Under the pieces are notes generated by a model. That model made no database searches. It was not told where the DNA came from and saw nothing but the letters and a program-made list of their open reading frames with translations. A DNA stretch of 59,140 nt, the filler included, from Platydemus manokwari (lineage: Eukaryota): the NCBI GenBank assembly GCA_037951405.1. It is 5 parts of 5 records of this genome, joined end to end, with 100 filler letters (N's around TTAATTAATTAA, not from the genome) between each part and the next. Parts side by side here need not be neighbours in the genome. Positions count along the whole stretch, not along the records: positions 30,427 to 42,734 come from JBBMOY010197783.1; positions 42,835 to 59,140 come from JBBMOY011190321.1; 3 more parts are not named here. The stretch is one strand, 5' to 3'. Position 1 is the stretch's first letter. Each line of letters begins with the position of its first letter. The position numbers and the translations under genes are program-made. This document shows positions 37,468-51,430 of this stretch, piece by piece.

Positions 37468-39732
37468 TTTGATTCAGATAAGAGCGATATCTAGATCATA
37501 TCGGTTGATTCCAACAGTACAGTTTTTCAAATGCCAGAAATAAGCAGCAAACAAAAATCCCACAAAATGCTGTTCAACTGAATTACCTCTGACGAAATGA
37601 AAAATCAGTCAAAAAATACAACTGTCAGACAATCGGTGAAAATATTTTTATTCAAGAAATTCATTATCAATGAACATATATAATACTTTGGATTGAATTA
37701 CTGCCATCAATCAACAGTAACAGTAGCATCATGTAAACCAATTCTTCCATAATACAGAAAATGAGATCAAACGTCGTGCGCATCACAAAGCTGAACAATC
37801 GATGATATTCGGTCTTCAATTAACTCTTGAATGGATTTCATATCTGCCTTGAAATCCGGATGGCTCATATTTATCAATCTTTTCTCTTCAATTTGTTAAC
37901 AAAAATGCTTGAAGAAAGAAATTATGATATGACAATCTTACGATCATGTTCTACCCTGGTCAGTAGACATATCGTTTTAAAAGAAAGGGAGTAATATCGA
38001 TTATATATTAAATCTTTCATGAGTGAAATATAAAGTTGGCGGAAATCAAAACAAAGGTGGATTTCACAGGTCTTTAGAAATGAAAAATATATCATTTTTT
38101 CATTAATAGCTCTTTACATTTTCAGTAAATCTTCCTTTGGCCGTCGTAAACTGTTGTGTTGGGTATTGACTAATTCACTTTAATTTATTAAGTGATTATC
38201 TAAAGTGGTGATTTTTGGGTTTTTCTGTATTTATTTACATAATTTTTCTCGATATCTTTCATGGAATGATTATAAATAGTTACGTAATCAGGGCAAATTT
38301 CAAGGATGAAACCAGTGGACAACAACTTCCTAACTTAAATGAAATTTATTGAACTAATTTTCATTTTATCATCACGTATTTCATTGAAAAATTTTAATAG
38401 TTCGTTCATACTACCTCATTCAATTCACTACTCAAATTTAGACAATGCATTGTTTAATGAACTACATTGAAATATTTTACTGAAACGCAATTGCAGAGCA
38501 CAGTGCTGAAAAACCTTGGCTTCAACCAGACGTTTATCAACCGACTTACTACCAAATGTATTCCGTCTAATAACAAAGTGAAATTCTTCTAATGAGAGTC
38601 ACATTTTGGGTAAAGGATTGCATCTGGAGTTGGAATACTGAAGGTGGGATTTGATCCCTAAGTAGATGATGTTTGTCGCCTTGATAAACATACTCAATCC
38701 AATATAATTGGGATGAGTCTGGAACAATCGGTAATTCATGTGAAGCGCTTCTAAATCAATAACTTTTTATCGAGTGTGGCAGTATTTTACCGAGAACTAC
38801 TCTCACCAGTGGAAGGATGAAAAGAGACCATAAATCGAAATATAACATCTGAACCAATCTTCGTGAAGGCATCATTGATTACTCTTTAGAGTTAAGCATT
38901 AGGAATATTAAATGGTCAAAAATATTATGAACTCCAATGTTATTGAATGAATGTGTGTTCTTCAATGGATAACATCAAACTAATCAACTAACTCCATTCA
39001 TTGAATGACGGCGTCCTTATACAAATTTATATATTTTATGAGATTTCAAATTTTCCTTCTGCTTATTTTTAATTTTTCTGCTTATTTATTCGGTAGAGAT
39101 GAAATCGAGTTAACTGCAGATATTTAACCTGGAAAAAAAATACGAATCCAGTAAAATATCAATCAAAATTACAGTAAACTGTCCCATTCTTGACTGTACA
39201 TACAAATCGCAACATAGTCGTTAACCAATATATCAAAAGTTTCAAAAGTATTATCAACCAGACGAAACATAAGTGCAATATACAGGAAATAAAATTGTTA
39301 AAATCGAATAAAACTTGAAGTATATCGTTACAAACAAATTTCATAGGATTTAAGGATCACTTTGGTCATCATTCTCTTATATGGTTATTTTTGTTTTGGA
39401 GTGACCTTGACTTCTTTGTGTGTTGCCTAATTTTCGTCCCTCATGACATATTTTCAGCAATTTTGTAAAGCTTTATTGGTCGACAATGCTTAGTTTCTTA
39501 ATATCGATTTTGATTTGATATCATTATTTATATTTTGAATAACGCTTTATGGATTGATGATAAAATATTAAAAATTGAGTTTGTATTTTGTTTAAATTAA
39601 TTGCACAATAAGATTTGAATGATAAAATTCTGAACATCATCAATATGAAGGTCAACAAGTTTGCGTGATAAAATTGATTATAAATTGAAGATCGTTTGTT
39701 TTTAATTATTTGATTATATTTATCGATCGATC

Positions 39733-40297
39733 ATGAAATTTTCTAAATATCGTGTAGCCGATGTTCGATTTGCTTTGGCTATTATGTCGATAACATTCTT
39801 CTTTTCCGGGGCCACTGCTACATACATCAATTCAGTGTTGACAACTTTGGAAAAGAGATTCCATTTCACTTCGATGGAGATGGGCGTACTGATGGGATCC
39901 AATGATATAGGATATTTAACGTCTGTGCTTTTTGTCACTTACTTCGGTTCCAAAAAAAATCGACAGCCTTTTATGCTGTTTCTCAGCGGTGTATTGTCAT
40001 GGATTAGTTGTATGTTATACACTGCTCCATATTTTATTTACGGATCCAAATACAGTGCTAATTCTTTGATAAGTATTAATGGTACTTTGGAAAAAGGTCT
40101 GTGCTCGAATACGAGTCAACAATTATCATTTATTAAGCCAACCGAAAGTGAAATCAACTACCAAGAGAAAGGAATTGCATTTTCAATTTTAATTGTTGCG
40201 GGCATATTGAGTGGCATTTCTTCGACTCCAATTTGGTCGATCGGAATAAGTTTTCTGGATGACTTGGCTGGTCCGGTGAAAAGCGGGCTTTATATCG
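39733..40297 (+). CDS. SLCO: Organic anion transporting polypeptide (OATP/SLCO), first coding exon (TM1-TM4); 3'-partial
   Basis: YINSVLTTLEKRFHFTS...GSNDIG...FVTYFG...TAPYFIYG...C...PIWSIGISFLDD...SGLYIG (OATP hallmark motifs). Phase-1 donor G|GTAATA at 40298, after which the ORF loses similarity. Downstream exons were not located. Confidence 0.92.
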
Positions 40298-42662
40298 GTA
40301 ATATAAGATCTTTTGTTATATACAAATATTATTTTGATGGTTTGATAATAATATTAACACATATAATAATATTTTTGATCAGATTTATTTAAGGAAAAAC
40401 CACCGATTATCGTTTTGAAAAAATCTAAACAACATTAACAAATAAAAAAATTAATGAAATCACTTAAAATGTACATGTAGAAAAATATAATTTAATAATA
40501 ATTATAATTATGATAATAATAATACCATTGATGATAATGATCATAATAATATTAGTATATATATTCAATATAGAATTCAGTCATTTCAAAAGGGTAGATA
40601 TGAGAAAGTGTAATTTGGAATGAAATTTTCATGGCCCATCCCCATGATCCATTAAATTAAGTTGAGTGCCCTTGGGGTTGAAATCCATCAATGATCGAAT
40701 TATGAAATTGAAAATTTGAAGTCATCCTCGATACAGATTAATAAAATCACCACAAAATGGTATTTTGATGAATTTCCACCCCACTTATTTGTAATAAGAA
40801 AGAAATATATGAATATCAATTCTAATCTACCATAAATTTATTATTATAATTATAAATTTTCAGATGCCATTTAATGATCAGCTCTGGAATTAGTTAAAAA
40901 ATAATAAACTAAATGGTCAGATACATAAACTAATAGTAACACATCAGGAACAAAATATGGAAGAATATGAGAAAGTATCTAAGATCAGGAAGAAATAGAT
41001 TCACCAATAATAAGTAAAATAAAAATGTAAAATAATATAAAATTATAAAAAATATAAATATTCCGAATAAGTTCTAAAATACCAACAATCAATAAATCAA
41101 GAAGTATTATCGATGACATGATAAATCTTCGGGGTTCAAACATTACTAATAAGAAAACACTGTTAAGTGAATTAAAAATTAATCTGTTCTTTTGACCGAT
41201 GAATACCTATTAATAAAATAATATCTTTAATTTTAAAGAAAATCAATAATTATAATATTACTATAAATTATAATTAAATATTATTTATGTTTCAAATATA
41301 TACGTTATTAGTTTTATAAATACAATGAAAATATTATTATTATCATTATTATTATTACTATTAGTAGTAGTAGTGGTATTTTGGGACCAGTTAATTCTCT
41401 GATAAGACAAGCTTGAAATATTTTATTATAATTATTTCTGTTTTGTGAATTGTTTTGTTGTGAGGAGCTCTTAAAATAATCACATTTTCTATCAACAATG
41501 TGGTATTATTTGATTAAAGAATAACCTCAATTATTCTCGAAATTCTTTAACTGTGGAAATAAGCTGTAAAATATTCCTATTACTGTACTCTAAGACAATC
41601 TAAATGTTGGCCTTTTCTCTAAATGATATCACCGTTAAGGGACTGAATTACAGTATTTGTCGACATTAAATCTATACCAAAATACCTCAAATAATATAAT
41701 TTCTTTATTAATCAACATTTCATTATACATTTTTAACCATCAATCTATTAGTTTTAACTATTTTATTACAGAATAATTTTATTTTTAAAAATCATATTTT
41801 ATCGTTAATTAAAACAAGCCTACAAAAGAACTGAAAATTGGACCTCCTCATACACGATTTTGATAATATCATATGAAGTTCAAGATCAATATTTCGATAT
41901 GCTATTCATTTCAAGGATCATGTCAATCATGTTGATGCAATTTCGTATAAGATTTGGTATTAAATTTATAATAAAAATATGAGATAATACTTGACCAATG
42001 ATTGCCATATTAATCACTTGATTAAAACAAAATTTTTATGAAGTTCAATTTCGATATGGAAATTGGCGATATTTGTAAAATCAATTATTATATCTCGGAT
42101 CATGTCAATCAAATCCTTATCAACGACCAAGGATTAATGCTAAAGTACGATATATTCGTTTTGAAATCAGTTTTAAGAATCCTAAACTGCGATTATTAGA
42201 CCATCTCGATCAAATTGAGAATTGATTGACAAATTCGTTGGATTTATATTTAGGTGTTTTAAAATATTTCAATTTAAATATTCTCATGAAAATTAATGTT
42301 TGAATGTTAGTGAATTTGAGATATGAACTTGTGGCGGATAATCTCGAGCAATTTTTAGATTTTTGTTAATGTCGATCTTGATTTAATTTTATAATTATTG
42401 ATTATTTAATCCTTGTAATAAATTTGTAATCATGGCAAATATTTTTCATTTATCTCGAAAAAAATCAAATATTTGTCTTAGACTTTGAAATTCTTTTCTC
42501 CATAATTACCAGACAATAAAAAATTTAATTCTCATTGGTTTATCGGATGATTAGTGATCTCCTTTATCTGTCGAAAATTACAAGGCATTAGGTTTCAAAA
42601 ATATAATGAATATTTAGCTTAGAATATATATATTTTATTTAATTGAACCATTTCAACTAAAA

Positions 42663-42663
<1 letters not shown>

Positions 42664-42734
<71 letters not shown>
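42664..42734. repeat. (AAT)n microsatellite abutting gap
   Basis: Direct reading. Confidence 0.95.
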
Positions 42735-42834
42735 NNNNNNNNNNNNNNNNNNNNNNNNNNNNNNNNNNNNNNNNNNNNTTAATTAATTAANNNNNNNNNN
42801 NNNNNNNNNNNNNNNNNNNNNNNNNNNNNNNNNN
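42735..42834. other. Assembly gap with six-frame-stop linker
   Basis: 44 N + TTAATTAATTAA + 44 N. Confidence 0.97.
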
Positions 42835-45800
42835 TGTGCAACATTTGATCTAATGATTATATATATTTTCATTTAATTCGTTTATTTATTTATTTGTATT
42901 TAAATTATTTTTTTAGTTTGAAAACGAGTAGTTTATATATATTCTAATAGTTTATATATTCTAATAATAATATATATTCTATAACATTATTATCATCATT
43001 ATCACGGTACACTTCTTTGGTTATGGCGAGTTTAGTAAAATAAGTAAACAGAAAATAAATAGGTTTTGCATAATACTAATTGAAGAGGTGAGGAATAAAT
43101 TGGAAGACATATTAATCGGTTTAAATTATCAATTTTTAATGAATACATTGTCCAATGCCTCTCATCTTACGCTTATACGAGCATTAAAAGCAATCGAAGT
43201 GAAAGATGATCAAACATTTAGTTTATTACTATCCGTGGGTTACCAGGACTTCGGAAATTAATTAAGACTTAGACTGTCAATATTTTTACTGAGATAATAA
43301 TTATAATAAAACTAATAAGACCCCAAAAGTAAAAAATACATTTAAATATGATAGCACTTAAAATACATTATTATAAAACTTTTGTAAGTAAATAATTGAT
43401 AGTCGAAATAAGAGCATTGGCGAGGCAATAAAAAGCACAGAAAAATAGAGCGTTCATAAATTCAACTGTTTCGGAATTATTATAAAATCTTCGTACTCAG
43501 TAATCTAATTAAAGTTAAAATAAAAAACCTTAATTATAATTAATATTATTAAAAGATTTTATTATGAATAATTAATAGACTTCCTTAATCATCAAATTAA
43601 AAAGGACGGTAGGAATAAATATGGTAAAATGTCCAGGCATTCGCCGACTACTAATAATAAAGTTACATAACAGCATTGTTGTAAACATAAGTATGGTCAA
43701 TATATACAAGACATAATAATTAGAAATTCAACTTGTTATTCCTGTTTAAGAGATTGGAAAATTCGATTCTTAGAGAATGATTATTTTTTAATTATTAACG
43801 GAAAACCTATAAAATTTTACATTATTTTGATGTCATAATAAAATTTCAGCGCCCAAAAAAAATAAATAATAAAAAATATAATAAATATAATAAAAAAAAT
43901 AATAAATATAATAAAGTCACAGAAATATTATAACCAAAAATAGAATTAACTCCATAGAATAATGGAAACGTCGAAAAATGAAATCCAAATAAAATCCTGT
44001 CCAGAATAAAACAAACAAAGAGCTTAAAGTTTTGTCCATAAAATAACAAACCAAAAAGCAGAAATTTGAATGCCTTGTTCAGAAAACAGAATAAATAGAT
44101 TCAAGATAAGAAAGGATAAGCTTTGTAAACACAAACAAAGCCTAAACCTCGTAAAGAAACCCCAACACAAAAACCGCTATATAGATTCAAGCTAATAATT
44201 ACGTTTCGTGTAATTTCTCACAGTACATCATAGTAAATTACAATTATGCCAAGCATATTTTTTTGTATTTTTATAGCCACGAGTATTGATTGTATAATCT
44301 AAAAATTAATGAATTTCATATCCTCAAATTCCAAACAACATTTTGCTACCAAATACCAACGATTATAAAATATATTTTTTCGTTAAAAGAATCAATTCAG
44401 GAATCAGGCGCATTTCAGAACCAACAATTGGACATTTTATTATCTAGAATAAGTAATGTGGAAACTGGTAATCTTAATTTATACCTATTATTAAATAAAG
44501 TAGCTATACGAAGTTGTACTAATCACTTAAAATCAAGAGTTCTGAAATCATACATCATTTTTATTTTAATTCTAAAGGGTGCAATGCTTATTTAGGGACA
44601 CATTTTGTTGACAAAAATAGCTGAAATAATCAATAATTAAAATATCCAATCAAGTATCTTTAAATCCATTGAATTATTTAAATAACTTCAAATCTCCGTT
44701 GTGGTATTATAATTAAAATATTATTCATTTATTATTTTGCATTCTAGAATTATGTAGTAAACCTTATAAATATATTTGAAAAATCGAAACCTAATTTATT
44801 ATATCATAGTCAATACATTCCAATCTCCATCGAATATAGCAAGCGTGAGGTAGTAGATATAGCCTTTCTTTTAATTTATCCATAAATATCGCATTATTAA
44901 TAAATATGGAGGAAAATTTAAAATAAAATGGGTATGAAAAATTAATGATATAAGGAAATCATATATTTTCCACCTTTTTAAAAAAGTTATAAGTTCTGTT
45001 GGTGCTTTACAATTTTTTGGTAGGTTCATTTTTGTTTTCTATTTAACCAAATTCATTATTTCCCAAACCGGTTTCTCAATGTTGCTCAATGCTATCCTTT
45101 ATATTCAAACTGAGGGCATTTTTACTCCTAGAGGTAACCCATTCCATATCTATTATTTAACCATGTCTTCTTTATCAATATTCCAATTATGTCTAAATTC
45201 AAAAATTCATTCTAGCAATATACTGAGTTAATTAGAGAATTTCTCTATATGATTTCCTGATTATTGTTTTTGATTAATAATTTGTATGTATGTCTATTTA
45301 CCACTTGATTTTTATGCATTTCTTGCCAAGTAGCATTTGGTGTTTAATTGTGACCGTTTAATATAAAATATAAAAGACGTTCTTCTATTTTTCTTCATAA
45401 TCATATTAATTTAGTTGTCTTTTAGCTTTTAAATCATTTATTTTCCGTTATTGATTTTTCTGGATACTATTTTCGGTTTTTATTTATTTTTCTATTTCAG
45501 TGATAATTATATATTATATTTATTTACAGTTTTTAATTATTCTATTTTTAAATTATGTAAATTTTCTTTATTATAAAAATTTTTGTGCGTTTTTTCGAAA
45601 AAATTTTTGTCTATTATAATTAAGGTGAGATTTGTACGCAACAATATGCTAAAAAGATATGTACTCAGAGATGATAGCAGTGTAGAAGTAAATTATTTGG
45701 TAAGCAAACAAAAATCTATTTAACTTGTTAACTACTAATAGAGTAAATTTTTCGCCAATGTTTTTTTTATAATTTAACTTAAAGAACTACTGATAACCTC

Positions 45801-45959
45801 AGAGAATATAATTTAACTTTAATTATACAACTAAGCTACATAAATAATTACATAAAACCAATATTTTATTTTAAAGTTACCATAGTAACTTCCAGTGTTA
45901 TAACAACCTAAGTAGATCACGTGGAAAATAGAGTAGAGGAATGGCATAAATATATAACC

Positions 45960-46150
45960 GCAAATAAAATTTTAGGAAAAACAGTACAGCAACAATAGAA
46001 ATAAAAATTATTTAATCTCGCAGAACGTGAAAAGTTCACACAAAAAATCATAAATACTAGATTTCGCGCATTCAGTATTCAAGACAAGCAGCCAGGTTTG
46101 AACATGGATCCAACCAATCTCAACATTCAGAATATCAATCATTCCTGGAC
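45960..46150 (+). mobile_element. Penelope-like GIY-YIG C-terminal relic
   Basis: RFRAFSIQDKQPGLNMD resembles EAxxIxxxxPxLNRD. Confidence 0.35.
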
Positions 46151-46429
46151 CTTATTTCAATTACGCGATTTCAATATTTTAATAATTTTTGAAAATCAAA
46201 AACATAACAATATTAATTACGATAATTAAAAATATATGAATGCTAAATATCAAAAACAATTATAATAAAATTACAAGGGGATTTCTCAATGTTAAAATAA
46301 AGAATATTTTAGAGATTAAAAACGATTAAAAAAACAAATAATTTGAAAATTTATTTGAAATAGACTTGATTCATTCGAGATCTATATGAAAATGCTTAAT
46401 TCATTAATCAATAGAAATTAAAAGTATAT

Positions 46430-46700
46430 TCACAATTTAATACTGATTGGTTAATTTAGGACATCAAGAAATGATTTCAATACCTCGTCAAACAATATAA
46501 GATTCAAGAAAACTCAATCATCTACAATTAACTGAAACAACTTTGAGCCAATACATTTAGTTTCCCGATTCGCACACTGTCATGATTTCTCAAAATAGGT
46601 GTGATGTTGCTAAAAAAAACTGTCTTTTAAAAAAGCATTGTTATAGCTTTTTTAGATGAGACTGAATAAATAGATATCACAAAAATAATTCTGAAAACCT
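46430..46700 (-). mobile_element. Penelope-like RT relic
   Basis: SNITPILRN (cf. SPLSPILAN), then LIVDD*VF...KSFLDVLN*PISIKL (cf. YVDDxF...FLxxLNxxHxSIKF). Confidence 0.5.
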
Positions 46701-49700
46701 TTCTAAGGATACTTCTATATCCGCAAACGAAATATTTTTGCAACAGTTAAAAAATACATTTGCAATTTCTTTTAAATATGAACTTATGAATTATATTGGG
46801 CACTTTGTAGTTCTGTATTCTAAACGACTTCAAGCAATTTTATATTCAATACAAGAAAACCCAATTGAAATTTCTGTGTCAATAAACCAGGCAATACCCT
46901 AGACAATCATTAAAATAATTATTATTATTATTAAAATACCGTAGGTAGAAAATAATTAAAGTGCCTTAATGAAAAAACCCAAACATTTTGAGCGTTTTCG
47001 ATTCACAATTAAAAAACCCATAACAAACAAGGCTAAACTTAGTCATTTATTATGACCTAAACTAGAAAATAAAGTGTGGATGACTAAAAATTAAAAAAAA
47101 ATCATATATAAACAGAATTCAATCAGCACAAAACGCACAATAACTTTACTACCTATTTTACTCAGGAATTGATACTAGTATTTACGATACTATTACTCAT
47201 TTTCTTTGGATTCAGATCAACCGCTAAAATCTAACGATGATCTCCAATAAAATTTTAATATTAACACACATGGAACAGTAACTTAGTAATGATTTTATTA
47301 TTATAACTTAATGACGTAATGTGAAAAATATTTATGGAATATTTTTAAAAAATTTTAGTGTGGATATCCACTAATTCAACATAACATCAGTAAAGTAATA
47401 GTAACAGTAATAGAATGCAAATATTGTAAAGTAAAATGAAAATAAATAAAAATAATAGCAATTTATCAGTAAATCAATTTAAAAGGTACAACATTAGGGG
47501 TGTAACTAAGCGGAAAATTGTATGATTATTGTAAATCTTTCGTTAAAAAATTAGCACGGGAATTATCTATTACTCGGGTTTAAAAATTTTCATTACGTCA
47601 CCAGGTAAATTTAGAGTGTAAATAATAAATAAGTAAATAAATGTGAAATGAAACAACGAACCAAGTCAAAAATTGTGATCAATTCAACAATTCTAATAGA
47701 TAAATTAAAACAAAAGAACCATAAAATATCGTAACACCATTTTAGATCTAAAGCAGCTACAATAATACTAAAAAGAAACCTCAACCAAATCCATGAAAGA
47801 AAAATAATTTTGATTAAAATTTTCAAATTATAATTACCAAATGGTGCAATTTAATTTCAAATCTTATAATCCAATATTAGACTTTTCTGTAGAAGAATAA
47901 ATTTTAAAATAACTAATACATAAATAAACATTGTTAAGATATCATATTCAAATCAGTTGCGAACTTAATAGAAAGGAGAGTCTCGCTAAATGGTGAACAG
48001 CATTTCCAAAACGATGAGTTTTATTTTTTCAGAAACTGATAATTACAAACCACATATTTTAATTATTCCATAACAATGAAAGAAGCGGTTAAATTAAATT
48101 TTATAAATAGGAACTCATGTGTCTTAAAAGCTTTTCCAAATTTATTTAATAAATAGGATATTGTCTGTATTAAGTTTCCTATGCTGATAAGATTGAGATA
48201 TGTTATAAAGTCACAATTGCTAAATCTGAAATAGTGTAAGTGTTTTTATATCAATAAAGGAAATGTATTTAATATAAAATAGATTATATTAAATTTATCA
48301 TAATTAAAAAGAACTTTTTCATTTGTTTTCACTAAATAGATTTTACTATGAACTACATGAATCAGTTTGAAAACACATGATTTTATTATAGTTTTATTAA
48401 ATAAAAAGCAATTTTATGGTAACCTTATTTGAGTTTTCATGTGGAACGTAACTGTTGCATTAAAAATAACCTAATGCATTTTCTTCCAATCATATTATAA
48501 AAATGGTTCACTTGTTGTTAACTCAATCATTGTCAGTTACCAGATAAAATACAGTAGGTTCAAATGAAATTGTTGATGTCAAATGAAGTGCATCTTATAA
48601 AATATAAAAATAAACTTTTAAAAAATTAATTATGATTAAAATAAAATCATAATTAAACAAATATTTGAAATGCACTTAAAAGAATGAAAAGAAGTAAAAA
48701 TTCAACATTTGACTTTATCGGAATAAAGACATACAGCATTGCCAACATTCGTAAACATAAAGATAAATCCACATATACCATCACAATAAGAAAGAAATGT
48801 CCACAAAATCATAAGTTTAAATAACTAGCAGAAAGCACATAAAACGCAAAACAAATCGAAAATAATTCTCCACCTAACGAATTTCACTATTGTTAGTGGT
48901 AGCTATCTCATTTAAATTTTGAAACTCGTTATAATTAATCATTGAGAAGTTTTTCGATATACTTATTATTCACAACTAATTAAACATTTTTAAATTAATT
49001 AAAATATTTTTCAAGAGATTCATTTATTGATAATCTTACAAATTTACTAAATTAAAATTTATAAAACATTCAAAATTAAAATATTATCTTTAAATAATTC
49101 ATTTTAAAATTATTTAAATTTGTCATTCTCAATTTTTTAATTTTTCTCGCAAATATCATTTACTATTATATTTTGTTGACTACAATCTTCGGAAGTTACA
49201 TCAACTTTGTGAGTAATGTTGTATTATCCGTATGCACAATCAAATTAATTGAATAAAATCCACATTGAAATTGGAATATCAAGCTGAAACTTACAACTCC
49301 TATGCTGTAATTTTAATATATACGACGGCAATTTTTGCCAATTTATTGTCTTGGTAAATAGTTACTGATATTTTGATCAATGTATTTTAAAATATAACTT
49401 CATGATTTAAAATATAACTTCTACATTTAATGTGTTTTATTGGTCGTATCTGTGCTATTTTTAATTATAGTATTTTATTATTTATTTAAAAATTAATAAT
49501 AATAATTTTCAGAAAAAGAGCATCAACCTTCGAGATCATTCCACCCTCCACCTTCCAGTATCGAATATTTAAAAACGATAATCACCTATTTACAAATAAA
49601 GTCACCTTGACAACATACATGCAACCGTCACGAAAATGTGCGTATCGATAAAAATAGAAAATATACAGGAAATAAACAAACCACATGAAACCAACCAGCA

Positions 49701-51037
49701 CAGACAATAATAGTAAACTAAAAATCTGCTAAGACAAAAAATAAACGCAAGAAAAATACGAGTACGACTTCCACTTAAAAACCAATTATCCATACCTCAA
49801 CAAACTACAATTATAACAAGAAAATTTATTTCATTTAATTTTATAATAATCCCCCCAAGGATTATTATTATGAATCGATAAACAGTCAATATTCGGACCG
49901 AACATTTGACAACGTTCTAAAATTACTTCTCTTTCGACCTTCTTTTTCCTCCACCACATTTTCAATATCCATTTACAAATCACTAAAAATGACTTAAAGA
50001 ACTCTAAAATATTTAGTATGAAAGCAATGAATGAACACATAATTTTGCACAATATTTTTAAATCAAATTCGTCCGCACTTTTATTATAACGACGTTATTG
50101 GTTTTTCATAACCGGGATTATTATCAGAACATACGATACGCCATTTCCGCATAACAAATTGGACATTAAACACAAATACAAATCAAACAAACATTTTTAA
50201 TTTATTGCTCATTCTTGGAATTAATAATTCAATAGTGAGAAATTTATTTTACATGTTGCTATTAGATATCAATCTCTGAAAGGAGAATTAGTTATAATTT
50301 TATAAACAATTACCTCCACAAAATCCAAAAGAGATCGTTGAAGCATAAAATCCATTTCTATAGTTTTTATATCGAAATAGGACTCCATTTAATTCTCTCA
50401 GTCGATTGTTCATATGCTTCAGATCACTACACTTGTTACTTTATGTATTTAGTATCAAACATTTGTGAAATTGTAGCGCATTCAATATATTTATTATATT
50501 TTTATTTTTATTTATAAGCTACCTATTAATTAAGGTATTTGTCAGTTCCTAGGTGTAAATACGACTTAGCAGGTTACCAATTACTTATATTAAATAAAAT
50601 GGTAAATCATCGATAATAAATTGTTGATTTGAACTTAAATTAAATCACCTATACATTCTTTTGAAAGTAATCAGGTTTTGGTGTGGACATTATCATAACC
50701 TAACTTAACATTATATTATACAAAACTTGTGACCAAAACACAAGTCTAATCCCATTATAAATCCCAAAAGGTCTCTGGTAGCGAAATGAAAAGTACAGAT
50801 AGAGATTTCACAAGAGTTAAAATATATTAATGTAATTTATTGTTATCGAGAAAATATTAAATTGAGTTACAAATGAAATGTTTACAACGAAATTAAGTTA
50901 CAACTCAACAATTTAATTTCATTTATAACGAGAAAATGTGCTACAATTTAATGTGATTTAAATAACTTAATAATAAATCAATTATTTAGGAAAGAGATAT
51001 CAAAATATGTTTAAATTAAATATATGATATTGTGTAA

Positions 51038-51430
51038 TTAATTGGAAATCAGAAAGTTTGAAGGATCACTTTTAGTAAATGAATAACTAAGAAATGTAAA
51101 TAAATAATTAATTATTTGTAAGTGTAAGCAGATATTTATTAAAAGTAGTAACTTGGGGATGATATTAGAAATTCCGAGATACGAATAGATTATGTTAGCG
51201 AAAGAGTTGTTTGTCATTTCAATAAGCAAGAAATCCAGTAATAATGCTTTTTTATTAGTAACATCCAGAAGGAGATTCTGTGCTGGTAATCCAAATTTGT
51301 TTCCAGGAAATGACTGGTTTGTGAGTTTACAAGATTTGTTTGAGTAAATAGTTTGTGCTAGCAAATATATTATTATTTGAGTACATCTATTATTTTAACT
51401 TAATGGGTAACCCTAATTAGAAGCGAAGTC
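51038..51430 (-). mobile_element. Penelope-like RT relic (ORF 51038-51364)
   Basis: LGLPI upstream (cf. GLPMG), NQSFPGNKF (cf. NxxHPxIKF), LLLDFLLIEMTNNSFANIIY (cf. LPFLDxxIxxxxNxFxTxIY). Confidence 0.45.

Noticed and set aside
39720-39938. Antisense ORF over the OATP exon
   Set aside because: Shadow of the real coding strand.
40298-40392. C-terminal part of the listed 219-aa OATP ORF (likewise the GST ORF tail 16225-16275)
   Set aside because: Read-through into an intron after a consensus donor; family similarity stops there.
40591-40832. Imperfect inverted ends GGTAGAT...ATCTACC as a MITE
   Set aside because: The match is short and no TSD is evident.
41375-41420. GILGPV as the OATP TM5 exon
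   Set aside because: Embedded in a (TAG)n simple repeat, with no proper acceptor, and stops within a few codons.
43846-49793. Hydrophobic F/L/I-rich minus-strand ORFs (43846, 47611, 49602) as membrane proteins or mitochondrial insertions
   Set aside because: Explained by T-rich strand bias; no mitochondrial protein motifs recognised.
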